Of a stretch of DNA of 64,000 bases, positions 1-13,469 are shown in pieces. The stretch comes from Moniliella sp. 'wahieum' (lineage: Eukaryota), in assembly GCA_003971905.1 (NCBI GenBank), contig RSEE01000063.1, forward strand, positions 310,001 through 374,000. Reading direction: 5' to 3'. The notes beneath the pieces were generated by a model that saw only the letters and a list, made by a program, of their open reading frames with translations, did not search any database and was not told the DNA's origin. How positions within the stretch are numbered: the stretch's first letter is position 1; every line of letters starts with the position of its first letter. A program made the position numbers and the translations under genes.

Positions 1-1048
1 TAGGTACAGAGCCTATGCGAAGGGTAGAGGGTCTTAAAGCACACTATCGCGACGTAGAGGAGCGACCGGGCGGATAAAAGACAGGTGATGCCTACCACGC
101 AGGACGGTTATTGTTGCGACGGTGACTGCCTTCATCGATCGCGGAGCACTCCCGGCCTCATTAGCCCGATGCTCCGCGGACTCGGAGGACTGCTGATGCG
201 CGCGTACCCGCGTAAGCCAACGACTAGTAGCCTTCTCCTGTAGCCTTGTCCTGCTTCCTACCATCAAGCCTATTATCTCTCGCCCGCAATCGATCGCCTA
301 CGCTACTGACCTATAAACGCTTCAGCATCCATTGCGGTCTCCATAGTCGAGTTGACGAGGACGTCGCTACACGGTGCGGAGCGTCTCGCCCCAACACAAA
401 GGCAATATGGCAGTCGTTTGAAGGCCTTAGACCTCAGACTAAGGCCTTAGGCCCCTTGGCCTTAAACCCGTTTTTATTACTGCTGCTGTTTTTCCGGGCA
501 GGTTACCAGTTACTAGTTACCAGTTACCCCGGTCACCGGTCAGTCACCCCATTCCTATGTCGGCGAGTTAGTAGACCGATAGCACTCTTGGCACAAAAGT
601 TTATTCAACGTCAGATTAATACACTAACCCAACTACCTTATGACGTCTTTCGATGATCTTGACGATCGATGATCGGGCATATAGGATTCCCTGCTCAGGC
701 ACTCAGGCGCTCAGGCCTCCGGCCTGAAATCGGGAGTGGCTTGGATTAGCGCTTAGCTGATTTCAACTACGGAGGTAAGGCCAGCAATCCCCAGGTTAAT
801 TCCTGATTATGCGCGTTGGCGTGTCTTTTACGCCCGTAGTTGGTGCATTGTTCCAACAGGCCCTCAGCAACATTCGAGATGCCGAGCCCGTCCGAGCGCA
901 TTGAGCCGCTGAACCACTCGGCCCACGAATGCCTTGCTGTAGTTGCTGGTGATACTGGTGATACGTCTGGGTATAAAGCAAACGCACCCAGACTCTCGGG
1001 TAGGCGCAGTGATTCTGCCCACCGTCTCCTTTCGTTTCTTCCATCATC

Positions 1049-2224
1049 ATGGCTCCTCCGACTATTCCTGCTACGCGCAAGTCGTGGTACTTTGTCAAGT
1101 ACGCCGATGGCCCGCTCAACCCATCCGAGTCCTTTCAGCTACGGGAAGAGCCCATCCCAGAGTTGAAAGAGGATGACGTTCTGATCCAGGTCAACTACTT
1201 GGCTACCGAACCATCGATGCGAGGCTCGATGCGCTCTACCGAGTCCTACCGTCCTCCTGCCCCGCTCAATGAGGTCTTCGGGCACTGGGTACCGGAACGG
1301 TGATTGCTTCTCGCTTTGATGGCTTGCGGTTGGCACCAGTGTCTATGGCTTCTTGGGTCTTACTACCCACGTGGTCTTCAATGGACCAGCAGCTCTGGCA
1401 TCGGGGAAAACTGGGTTTGGGCTGCACAAGGTGCCGACCCATCCCACCAAGAACGGCAGTATCCTTGACCCTAGGGAGTTTATGACCGCTTTTGGACCCC
1501 CCGGTTGGGCTGCTACGTTGGCCTGCTCCACCCGTTGGTCGGAGCTCTCGGCCAGTTCCGCGACACCAAACTGGAGGACGAAGTGGTGCTCGTGACTGGC
1601 GCGGGCGGCGCAACGGGCAACTACGTGATCCAAATCGCCAAGGCCAAGGGTGTCAAGAAGGTGGTGGGATTGCCTCGAGCCGGAAGCGCGAGGCAGTGCT
1701 TGCTTCCGGTGCTGATGCCTTTGTCGCCTACGACGAGCCAGACTTCCAAAGCAAGCTCTTCGAAGCCACCGAGCGCAAGGGTACAGTGTACGTATCCCTC
1801 CATTCGCTTGGGTTTGCTTGTGAGTTTGGGTTAAGTACTAACTTTCAATGGGGGATAGGCTGTTTGAAAATGTCGGGGTAAGGTGTTCCAAACCGCGCTG
1901 TTGGCACTCGAGGAAAACCGGGGCCGTGTGGCCCTTTGTGGGCTGGTGAGCTCCTATGACGGCATTGGAGCTGATGATGGTGTCGCTGCCAGTCTTGCAT
2001 GGGGCACTGTTCTGTCGCGCCGGCTGACGGTCAACGGATTCATTTGCATTGACCCCATGTACCAAGACATTAAGCCCATCGAAGGCCTGACGGACCTGTT
2101 GATGAACAACCAGATCCACTCCACCTACTATGAGCACCAGCCGTCGGGGATTGAACATGCTATCGATGCGATTTTGGCCATGCTTAATGGTAAGAATGTG
2201 GGCAAGACCACAATTGCCATCTGA
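1049..2224 (+). CDS. NADP-dependent medium-chain oxidoreductase (prostaglandin reductase/CurA-like); frameshifted in this assembly, one intron ~1788-1858
   Basis: Pieces in successive frames: 'VLIQVNYLATEPSMRGSM', 'VVLVTGAGGATGNYVIQIAKAKG' (Rossmann), 'LFENVG', 'GRVALCGLVSSYD', 'GKNVGKTTIAI'. Intron GTACGT..TACTAAC..TAG. Confidence 0.85.
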
Positions 2225-2865
2225 CCGCCTCTTTGACGAGTTGGAATGTATCGCGCATGCATCTGAATTGGCCCAAAATGTTCCGCTGCCTCGGCATGCC
2301 CCTTTCGCTTTCCTGTAGTTTCGTACATGACGGTATAGTAAGTACGGCACCGATGTCAGTGTGGGGACGTTGACCCATTTGGCAACGACAACAGTCACTT
2401 AGTTGTGTCTGGTCGGGGATCTGTCTCGGAACAGATGTGCTCCTGCTGACAATGTCTTCACTGGGGAAACAGCAGTAGTCTAACATCATCAAGAGTAACT
2501 GGACTGGGTAATATATTTTGGCCCAAAGGCCACACCCGCTATATATAGCTCTCAGACCACCAGTTGCAAGTTGGTTACAACTCTTGTCGACTCGTTGCTG
2601 GCCGAGACGCCGAGCACAGCCTCACTGTTCACGTGCACCCAGGTCATCGGGGGGTCTGATCCACCCCAGCAGCCGCTAGTTTGGAACATGTAGGCTCGAG
2701 CGTGCGAGTTATAATAGTAGTATGTAGCCATTACCATTGGCTGACCTAATAGTATGCATGCGTGTGTGGTGTAGCCCAGCACGGCCACGCCAGTAGGGAA
2801 CCCGGGGTGTAGAAGAGGGAAACCGGAATGGTACAAATAGAGAAACGAGGGACCAACAGGTAACA

Positions 2866-5835
2866 TTACCGTTTCGCCAAATCATCGTCCTTATCCTTAC
2901 TGGGGTGATGGGTAGGTTCCGTGCCCCAACCACTTAACCTGGCCAGGCCGCTACCTACGCCGACCAAACCGGAAGAAGAAAGCGTCGACCCGACGCCCGA
3001 CAGTAACGACCAGCTCTCTTCTTCAGGGGGAGGAGGAGGAACAGGAGTCGAAGCGTTCTGAAGAATCGGCTCAAGCTGAACATGAGGGGTTAGCATCTTC
3101 CCGCTGTTCCAGATTCCAACCAGTCAAGAGAAAACGTACCAGGGCCAAAACGTAGGCAGGAGTTGTGGGATGATAGTCAACTCGGGAAGAGGAGGTCCGT
3201 CTGCGTCCGAACGGGGAAAGGGAACTTGATTGCCCCATGCGTCCATGCCAGTCGAGCACTCAGCCTGCTCTTCGTCCGAATCCGGCTCGGATTCAGCATC
3301 CGAGTCGATGGCACCGTCGAGCGTGGCTTCCATCACCTCGTCGCGCGCCGCGCCACCAAACCCAAGGTGCCGCATCACTTCCCCAGAAAAGGCCGCATCG
3401 TCCGCCGTGCTCCACTCGTCGTCGGGGGTAAGCAAATGGTCGGCCGCATGTGCCACACGTTGGCGGATGAGTTTGCGTCGCACCTTGGCTTGGCGTACCA
3501 ACTTGGTCCGATAGGCATGGGCCACCAGTTTGTCCGTTTCGGCCAATACTGCCATCCGCTCGGCCTGGCCGGCTGGGAGGAGGATCTCGAGGTCCATGCG
3601 GCCCAGCCCGCCGCCATGCGTGGCGCGAGCATGTTCGGAAGATGGTGCCAGTTCTTCTTCCCCCTGGCCACGAACAAGGTTGATGATGCGTTGAATCCAG
3701 TCCATCAGATAATCAAACAAGCCGCCCCCGCGTGAATGAACTTGGTGCACAAAGGAGTAGAATGCTTGCTCATGGCGCGCCACCAGATCAATAAACACTT
3801 GAACGGTGTGTTGGATCGGTGCGGCCGATCCATTCGGAGACGAACCAAGCTGATCCAACGCCTCGACAGTGCTGATCAAGTCGGAAACAAAGGCTTGCAG
3901 GTCCCCGAGAGAATCGCCAATGTCGGCTGCCTTGTACACTTGCGCAAGCGGAGCATAGAAAATGGTGACGACATCCTTAATCAAATTTGCCGTCACACCT
4001 TCCGACAAGAGGGAGACCATCTGTTCCTTGTCCCGACTTCGCAAGAGGGTACCGAGCAAAGCATGTAAATTCTCATACAGCTCCGCCGCTACTGGAGGGG
4101 TCGAATCCTGGCTTGTCCTCCTGGAAGAGGAATGGACGTGATGGGCATATGCCGCTGCTGATGCAGTCAAGCGGGTCTGCTCCAGGCTCAAGGGTGGACC
4201 ACAATGGGGTGAAATCAAGATGGCAGATAAGAGATCCCACCCGGTTGGTGGCCTAGCAGACGCACCTCATCCTGCTCCTCAGAACCAAGGCTGACATACG
4301 ACACCAAACGGGAAACAAGATCAGGTTCAGCGATCTTGGCCTCCAGGGTCTGCTGTGAGACTGCCAACTCTTTAATCTCTTCACCGATGCCGGCAAGAAA
4401 CATGCGCTGGATAAGCGACTTTGCCCAAAAGGCTGGGCAAGGAAGAGATCCAGCCAGGCACGGATCATAGCGACTGGGTTGGAAATCTTGAGAATCCCCT
4501 TGAGAAGGCGATAGGGCATGAGGGAGTGAACGTGTTTGACCTTGTTCAACAATTCGACGAAGTATCTCCCCGGCGGAAGAGATGAAAGAGTGTGCTGGCA
4601 GCCGAGATCCGAGCCCAAGAAACAACGGCGCGGTACGAAGGTGGTAGCTCTTCAATCTTGGGGACGCGCTTGATCGTACCAAACAGTCTAGGCAGCCCAT
4701 CGGGTCGGTCAAGTCCCTCTTAAAATCGGCCAGGTGGGTTTGCAAAGCCTCCACTCGCTTTGTGGTCTCGGCAGCAAATCGTGCCGCCTCATCCAACCGA
4801 GCTGATCGAGTGCCTCTCGAGCGGCCGCGTCCCGCTCTTCAGACGGTGTCAGCTGCGTTGGATCGGCCGACAGAAACGTGTTCATTGCGTCCGCTTCAGC
4901 CAGCTCGGGATGAGCAAGCAAGCTCCGCAGGTACGCGCGCAACGTCAGCGGTTCTTTTCCCTTGATAAAGGAACCGTCTGGATCGTCTAGCGAGTGCGGG
5001 TGCTGCCGGGAATCAGGGACGGAAGCCTCCTGTCCGTCATCCTCTGCGTAGCGGGCTTGAGATCGGTCCTTGGCAGGTGGGCGGGGGACACGAAGGGCAG
5101 GAAACTGCGCGCGCAGCGTTTCAGCTAGGCGAGCAAAGTCGCCGTAGCGGCGAGCAACCAGGGTCTGGGTTGCACCCGCCCCGCACCACGCCTCGTCCGC
5201 ACAAGGAAAAACTCGTGGGTCTTACGGGAGACAAGGCTGCGGTGGGAAGAGATGCGGACAGCAATCACGTTCACGTCCAGATACGAGTGAGCAAGTTGCC
5301 CCGGATCGCTGCGGCCGCGCGGGCCTCTGATGCGGCCAGGCGTTCAGAATCGGCTGCGCTGAGGCAGACAACCTGTTCGGGCGGAGAGGTGGCCAGCGCG
5401 AGGACAACAGGAGGACAAAGTAGCGCTGGAGGCGCAGGGACAAGCGCCTGCGCTTCGTCTCTTCTTCACGGTCATCGGTGCTGGACAAATTCTTGGACAG
5501 GAGGTGGTCGGCGAAGACTTGGACCTTGTCTGAGTAGAAGCTGGCGGGAGCCGAGCGCAAAAGAGGGAAGGTGAGGACGAGCTGGTGGAAGATAAAGGAG
5601 AGAATGGGGAGAGATGTGTCTGGATCGGGGGAGCCGGGCAAGGGCTTGAAGGGGGGGCCGAGCAGGGCGAGGGCGTCGGGAGTAGCGAGTGCAGTCAGTT
5701 CGAGCCCACGGCGCGGCGGAGGAGCTCCTTCTTGAGATAGTGGGCGCGCAGGGGCGTCAGTGCGAGCGGGTCGGGAGGGGGGGCATCGGACGACACGGAA
5801 GGCACCGCCGGAATGGCGCCCGACGGGGAGGCCAT
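2866..5835 (-). CDS. PX-domain protein with PXB and DUF3818 regions (yeast Ypr097w/Lec1-like); several frameshifts, 3' end approximate
   Basis: N-terminal 'LTPLRAHYLKKELL', PX-like 'LRAYLRSLL', and DUF3818-like 'DVVTIFYAPLAQVYKAADIGDSLGDLQAFVSDLI...FIDLVARHEQAFYSFVHQVH'. Confidence 0.8.
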
Positions 5836-6602
5836 GGCGGACGGGAGGGGGGGAGGTGGAGGGGAGGTGGAGGTGGAGGTGGGGGCAGGGGCGTGCAAGA
5901 GAAGGGCGAATGCGCAGCCCGCCCAGGCGCGCTGAGAGCCAAGCCAAGCCAAGCCAAGCCGACGCAAGGCAGGCAAGTCTCGCCGGCTGCGCTGCCAGGT
6001 GTGCGCAGCACAGGTAACGTGGCATGACGTCACGGGGGAGTGCACTTGCAAGTTTCAAACGGATCGGGCTGGGCAAGGGGCAGCTGGCGCCTGGCGATGT
6101 TTGCGTACTGGAGCAGTTGGCTGCGCACAGGCGTCGCAGTTGGGCGAGCCTGGGTGCGCGCGTGGGCTGCGCTCACCGTTGGGGATCATCGATCATCCGC
6201 ATCGCTCAGATGCAGACGCGCTGCTCCGCCGTCTCGGTGCTGCGCGGGGGGCAGGGGGGGAAGGGCACGGTGGCTGTGTGGGGCAGCCATCCAACACGTG
6301 TGGCCGCCAGCAGGCCACTTTCGGGCAAGGGCCTCGCATGCCCTGGCCACCCTGGCGCTCAGCATCCCTGGCACGCCCTTGCTATCGGCCCCGGCCGGCG
6401 CAGCGCCACTGCTTGCAACTGGCGGCCCACACCCCCCCGCGCTTTATCATCCGCCTCTCCCACGCCCTCGCTTTCCCATGGCCCACATGCATGATCATCC
6501 TCCCAGCCCTGCCTTCTTAGACGCGCACCCCTCTCCTCCTGCTCTTCTTTCCCCTCTTCTTCTTCTCCTCCCTCTTCCTCCACACCTCACACGCCCCCCG
6601 CC

Positions 6603-7231
6603 ATGTCCGCCACCAAGTCTTCCGCTGCGACGGTCTGCTGGGCGTTGCCGCAGCCATCGCGGCGGCCGCTGGCGTCGTAGCACTGTGGTCCACACCCTCC
6701 ACGCCGAGCGTTGACCCCAACTCTGCCCCCGCGGGGGAGGAGAAGCCAGGACAGAAGCTGGATGACAAGAAGGCAAAGAAGCCGGTGCGCAAGAGTTCCA
6801 TCCTCCGTCTCGCCCCTGACACGACCGACGACCCGCCCCAAAAGGGATTGTCAAGCGGGCGTCCGTCAGTGGTCCCGACCACCGTTTCCACGGCCCAGCC
6901 CCGGCGCCAGGAGACACGCCTTGGCTGGCGTACAAGCACGAGAACGACTCGCACCCCCGCGGAGGCGGGGTGGATCTCCTATGCCCACGAGGGAGATGAG
7001 TACGAAGGAGAAAAGCATGACACGAATCGTGACCCGACGCTGGGGGATTCGTGGGTCCTCCCTTCGCCCCAAGGGTCGCAGGTACTTCGCTCCAGCAAAT
7101 CCAATTCACGCCTCAACAAGGCCCGCTCGGGCGCCAACCTGCGCCCGCCACCCGGGATCAAGACGGAGCCTGTGCCGCTTCTGCCTACCCCCCCCTCCCC
7201 CGCCACGGTTGCGGGCGGGGGCGAGCAGTAG
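6603..7231 (+). CDS. Hypothetical protein with N-terminal hydrophobic anchor (needs one frameshift)
   Basis: ATG at 6603 after a pyrimidine-rich leader. After a frameshift it reads 'LLGVAAAIAAAAGVVALWS...KKAKKPVRKSSILRL...' into ORF 6785-7231. Divergent from the PX gene. Confidence 0.4.
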
Positions 7232-8335
7232 GAACTGCAACAGGTCTCCACTATATGCGCGCTTGATATGCCATTGTCTCTCACCTTACCTGTAATGTGG
7301 CGGCCATGGCCACCGATTGGAACAACGATGCGCGACAGGAGAGCCGATTTGGATGGATTGTCTTGCCTCAGATGGGTGCTGCACCAGACGACAACAAGTG
7401 CCGGAGAAGGAGCACAACAATGTCTGTGTGCCCCCTCTCCTTGATGCCACATTCGCATTGCACGGTGTGTGCACCACAATCTCATCCAATAGGCGTTTTA
7501 CATCACTACTTTACCTACTCCGCCTTTCTACCTATATACGCTCCATCCTACTCCAAACCCATTGTCATCCATATACAATCATGAACCTTCGAGATGAGAA
7601 CAGTGTCAGGGCCGGCATGCCCTTTCTGGTTCATTGGGTCCAACCTGCAGGAGTACCTTGGGTAGCCGAAGGACAGACGAAGCATCCATCATGGGAAGAG
7701 AGCATACAAGGAATAGGTTATTTCGCATGTAGTGCTCCTTCGGCAGTTTGACCATTGGACAAATCCCTCCCTCCACACACTGCGAACAGCAAAAACTCGA
7801 TCAGTCTTGAACATGTTATACAGTGACAGCGATCACATCATGTTGGCAGGGGACTCTTGCCTTTTGCGTCAGGGCACCTCTTGGCTCCTTCGGCTTGGGA
7901 CTGCGGGTAGCATGTAACATGTAATCTAATCCCCCAACCACTGTTATCTTTTGCCCGCTTTCCATCACGCCTCTGCTTCTGCTTCGATCCCTGCTTTTCT
8001 AATAGGTTGAGCGCAATCACGTACAGCACAGCCATGACAGCATGCAACCGCCCCGACTACATTGTCATGGATCTGTGTTATGTGCATTCCGGGATGGATG
8101 GGGAGTGCGTAAGCGTTAAGGCATCTACCGAGCTCAGCGCAGCTGCAGGGGAATCGAAGAGCCAGAGTGCAGAAATAGAAACGAATACCAATGACAAAGT
8201 GATGACCAAGGATCGGAAGTGGCTCATGTTGTCCAAGCAGGACGGGGCATCCAGCGTAGCATACGAACCGAGCGAGGGATGCAATTCGAAAACAAAGAGG
8301 AGAGGAAAAAGAGCAGACGTAAAGAAAAAAGAAAG

Positions 8336-9859
8336 TTACAAGCCAATGTTGCCCAACACGTTTTGGCCTTGGTTCCAGAGGGTTTGGAACGCAGCCATCA
8401 CATTGCCTCCCAGCAAGTCATCCACTCCCAACGTCAGCAGGTTGAGCAAGGTGGGCGAAGGCGATCCACAGGGAACCGGGATAAAGAATTGGCCGTCCAG
8501 GCCAAGCACTTGGAGCGTGAACAGCATCGCGTTCAAATCGCCGCCAATGACCAACTGCGGTGCCGTGTGGGCATTGGCTTCGTACACGTTGAACTGGATG
8601 TTAGCGCCGTGTTGGCACTGTTGGTTGACATAGGCCGTACCGCGTCGTAGCTGATCACATCGTCGTGCCGACCTTGGTAGATCATACGAGGGAACTTGGG
8701 ATAGCCAACACCCACGGACGACTTGTTGTTCCACATTGTCTCCCGATTCAACACGCTGCGCACGACAGGGTCGCTGTAGGGATCGCCGCTGGGCAAGTGA
8801 GCATCTCCATATACGGAATGTTGGCATAGGCAGGGCCACGTAGGATAGCATGGCAGACAGGCGGCGCATAGATCGTAGCGAGATCGTTGAGGACGCGTTG
8901 TTGCATGCCGGGTGATGGTCCGGTTGAATTTAGGATACGCTGCCATCATGCCGTGCATGCCACCCAGGGCAAAGCCAGAAAAGGACGTGTTGTCAAAGTG
9001 GCGCAGCGTCAGCTCCATGTCGATCGTCGTGCCGCCGTGGGAGGTACCGACAATGTTCAGGTCCGGCGCATACGATGGGGCCAGGTTGGCCGCCCAACAT
9101 GTCACGTGCGCGCCCTCGGAGTAGCCAGTCATGGTGACTTTGGCATCAGCAGGCCAGTTAAGGTAGTTGCGCACCGCCCGGGCCGAGTCGAGAATAGCAT
9201 ATCCAGCCTGGAACCCGGCAAAGAGAGCAGACTTGGGACCTTCGTAGTCGGGCACAACGACCGTAATGCCTTTGGAAAGGAGGAAATCGAACCATACGGG
9301 TACATCGTCGCCTACAAAGAAAAAAAAACAACAACTGATGAGTATCAAAGCAGGAGGAGAGTCAAGATAGATACACACCGAGCACCATGATGTTGGGTGC
9401 GTCGTTGCCGAGAAGGATGGTGTACGAAGGCGCACAGTTGCGGTTGGTCGAGTCTCCCAGATGTGGTAGGACATCATGCGGGGGGCGAGCCGCTGGCGGG
9501 CTCAATGGCGGTGGTGACAGTGGCGGAGGGGTGGCCCTGTGTGTTGGTGGTGCGGTAGAGGATCTGGGTGGTGCGGCCGGCGCCGGAGACCTTGTACTCT
9601 GGCTGGATACACGACTGCGGATGACATCGCCAGGCTTGTAGAGACTAATGTTGGCTGGGCGGAGGTAGAAGGGGTCGGAGTGGGGTGGGAGGTAGGTTTC
9701 GTTGTTGGGCTTCCGGGGGGCTAGTGAGGCGCGGCGGATGGCCTGCACGCCCCTCGGCTCACGGTCCGGCTGGAAAAAGGCATCGGGCGATGGCATGGCC
9801 GAGGCCACAGCGGCCAGCAGAACCGCGAGCACAAAGGCAAGCGACAGCAGGGATCGCAT
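8336..9859 (-). CDS. Secreted lipase, LIP (CalA-like) family; intron ~9311-9378, frameshifts
   Basis: Signal peptide 'MRSLLSLAFVLAVLLAAVASA', 'DPFY..P..KPGDVIRSR', 'VVVPDYEGPKS..AG..GYAILDSARA', nucleophile elbow 'GYSEG', 'YAPDLNIVG..GG', 'IYQG..DDVI'. Confidence 0.9.
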
Positions 9860-12800
9860 TGCGCCGATCAAAAGAAGGTGAGGGGCGGGGAGGGGGAGGC
9901 AAGGGGGCGGGAGACGTGGTGGAGGCGGTGATGTGGGCGTGTTGCTGTCTTCTCAGGTGCCAACTCGTACTCAACGGCGGGCCTGGGTGGCGAGGGGGCA
10001 GGTTTGCGCAGCCTGGTCGCTGCAATTTGAGACGCAACGTATATCAACGCTGAGCGCGCTGAAGCTTGAAGCTTGAACATTCACCGGCACCAGCGAGTCA
10101 CTTCTTCTAAGATCTAAGCGCTCTCTGAGCGGGCAGGGCGGGGGGGCGGAGGCCTGGGGGGTGGCACAGGGCAGCACTCGGGCGCTGCGCTGTGCATACG
10201 CAGCTGGTGCCGCATCGGCGCCCAGTACCCAGTGCCAGTGTACCAGTTGATAATGGCGTGTGATGCATGATGCATGATGCATGATGGGAAAACGTCCTTC
10301 ACACTGGCGCCATCCCAAGCTTGATGATCGATGATCGATGATGGGGACCTGTGACAGTGTGACATGTGAGCGGCGGAGCGCTGAGCAACTGAGCGCCTCA
10401 GCCGGACGATCTGCAATCACCCGCCGATCGGCAGGGCCATAGTGGATAGTGCATGGTGCATGCATGATGTGCATCATGCGAGCTGCGTTGGAACACTCTG
10501 TACCTTCCCAACAAATACGATGGCCCGGCTGGAGCCTACACGACCTGACTATAGTGACTGGTGCTGTCGCAGGCTATCGCTCGCCTGTCGCTCGTGTCCC
10601 CGTGCAGCTTGAAGCTGGGCCTCGGCGGCTCACTTGGCAGTGGCCGGCCAGGAGCGGCACCGGCGGCCACCCCCGTCACGCGATTGGGACCATGCGTCAT
10701 GCATCATGCATCATGCATCATGTGTCATGCATTGGCGATGCCGCGGGAGCGCCGTAGCGCGTAGCGTGTAGCTGCAAGCAACGGCGACTGGCCACAGTGT
10801 CGCAGTGCTGGCTTCAAGCTCTAAGAGCTTTAAGCTTCAAGTTTCAGCGAGTTGGACCCTGTTGACCGGTTGACCGCATCGTCTGCCTGCCAAGTACCAA
10901 GCACCTGGATCAGCGGTTCGACCCCGCCGGTCAGTTGGTCTCGGTCACTCGGTCACTCGGTCACCTCGGCCACCGTCCGCGTCACTGCATCATCTTACCC
11001 CGTCGGCGTGTTGGCCAGCTGGTCGAGTAGGAGCGGCAACAGACCCACGGAGTAGGCCAACAGCAAACAGGCAACAAGAACTTCAAGCGCCGATGCATGG
11101 CTTGCATTTTCGTACGCTGCTCGATTTGCTTCAGAGCTCGCTTCCTCAGGCCTCAGGGCCTCAGGGGCCTCAGGGCCTCAGGGCAGCCATGTCACATTGT
11201 CACACCGGATTCACAATTCCGCCGGCAAAACCCGTCCCCCAACCCCAACAACAGTAGGCCCACTGAATATTCGTCAGAGAAGCTTGAAGCCCAAAATGGC
11301 ACAACCACCTCCCGCCCACTCCACCAGCCGATACCTACTACCTGTACACAGCCAGAGGGGCGTGCCAGTTGATTGCTTAATCCTAAAGCCGGAGAAGTGC
11401 TTTAATCCTATACTATAAGAGGGTGTCGAAGGCGCGGGTGCAGAATGTGGCGCGGCCATTGAACTGATGACAGCTCCGGGCCGTCATCTCCAAGAGGACG
11501 TGTGGCATCATGAAGTTTCACCGCGCGTATACAGCTAGCTTTGTTCCACTGTGTGAGACAGCCTCCGGCTGCATGGGGGTAGAAGCGGTTGGACGCGTCC
11601 GCACAGACGATGGATTTACTTGCGCGTAGACGGCACATACACCGCTCTCCCTATTAATGGCCGGTTATACCAATAGACGTGCTGATTGACAACTCTTACT
11701 TGCACCGGAACGGGAGTTTTATGTGTAGAGCCGGCCAGGACGGGAGGCCCCCAAAGGGAGACAGAGTATATATGGGACCTAGGTCTTTCCAAGCAAATCA
11801 GGCCAACGTGTGGGCCACAACTCCTCTGCCTTCGCGCTGCGTCTCGTGCTCGCTTCACAGGAGACACTCTCCCTTGGAAGAAGAGAAGTAGTGGAGTGAA
11901 GAATGATTGGTATCAATAGCATGCAACGGTCAAAAACTCCTGTCGAAAGAGAATAAAAAGGTCACGATGACGATAGATCAAGGTTAACCAAATGCAGGAA
12001 AAATGGGACATGACAGTCACTTGTGGTTCAAAAATATAGAACCAAACAGAGATCCATATTGTAAAGAGAACAAGATCACAACTCCCAACAAACCTGAGAT
12101 AGTCACGACATATAGAACCCCCGAACAACGAGAGAATTATCGATGCCCGTAGAAAAAGGGCCTCTGTGAGCTCATTGTGACCATGCTGTGTTTTTGGCTG
12201 CTGCGGAGCATAAAACCGTGCCCCAGACAATCTGGGTAGTCTCTCTATCGTCCCAGTCCTGAGCAGTTGTGGTGTTGACCTCCTTCAAAGGTGCGCACGG
12301 AGGCACACGGCCAATTTTGACCAATTTGTGTATGTTATTGCCACAGTCTTCTTCGGACCTGAGAGCGGTGCCGGGTCACCGCTGTGTTGAGCTCTTAGCG
12401 CCAGCATACGATTCTTAGAAATGGCTAGGGGAGGGCTTGTAGGGGGAAGTGTGGGGTATAGGGAAAAGGGGGGGATTTGGGTGCGGCCATATATATAAAG
12501 AGGCTGCGAAGGGACTGACGCTCGATCCGACGAATGTCCGCTTACTTAGAAGGGGGTACATAGTAAAACGGTAATGATCGCGTACTTGCATCAGAGTGTG
12601 CGTTTCAACGAGCGGTAAGGAAGTGGAAAATTTGTAGGAGAGTAGGGAGGCCAGAAGAGTATCAGAGCCATCAGGTGGTATATGTAGCGTCCGAGGTCAC
12701 CTATCCCTTTCTCAAAATGCTCCGTGGTCCACACCCATTATCCGGCTCTTCCCCCTATGCTCTGCCCCTTACGGGATGCTCTCCTGAAAGTAGTAGCATC

Positions 12801-13469
12801 ATCAATCGTTTACAAAGAGGGTTTGGAACTGTGTGGAAGGGTGTCTGGGGAATAGATATACCCGCTGAACGCGTTGAACTCACCATGTCGTAGACGTTGA
12901 GGCCTCCTGAGGCCTGAGGCCTATAAGGCTGGGAGGTGGGTACGAACTCGAATGGATGAACGCGGATGCATGATATGCATGACCACACGTCACGTGGTTG
13001 GCTGCATGACCGGCCCATGACCTTGTGTCATGTGATGCATGTGATCGATGATCAAATTTCAAAGAAGGCAGGACAGGGCGACAATCCCCTTGCCCCCGCC
13101 CCCTGTTTCCAATTGGGATGGGCGGAGCGTTGACCAATTCCGCCGGAAGCGCGTGCGGCAGGCTGCTGCCCAGGTTGGCCGGTGGAAAACGTTGTACCCT
13201 AGAGGTGACGCGTGACGCATGATGTATGACGCGTGACCACAAACGTTCAAACCCGGGCAGCCTCGGTGGATTAGAAAGAGAAAGCGACGCCGTACGAGGC
13301 TGCGCTCTCGACGGGAATTTGTAAGCTGGCTCCATACAGGCGCCGTGCGGCTGGGCGGGCCCGCCCGGGATGCCAATGCTGGTACCCGGGGGCTGGCCCG
13401 TTGGACGCCGTCGCCAAGGGGGTGGGTGGGCTGGGCAACTCCAACTTCTTTCCCGCTACCCTCTACAAG

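Noticed and set aside
5000..7200. Many long overlapping ORFs (also 49400-52600)
   Set aside because: They are shadow ORFs of GC-rich sequence with low-complexity Arg/Gly/Pro translations.
10045..11200. Cloning polylinker or synthetic DNA (many HindIII/NsiI/SpeI/ClaI/StuI-like sites)
   Set aside because: Sites are degenerate, phased at 7 bp, restricted to A..T hexamers and scattered through many native promoters.
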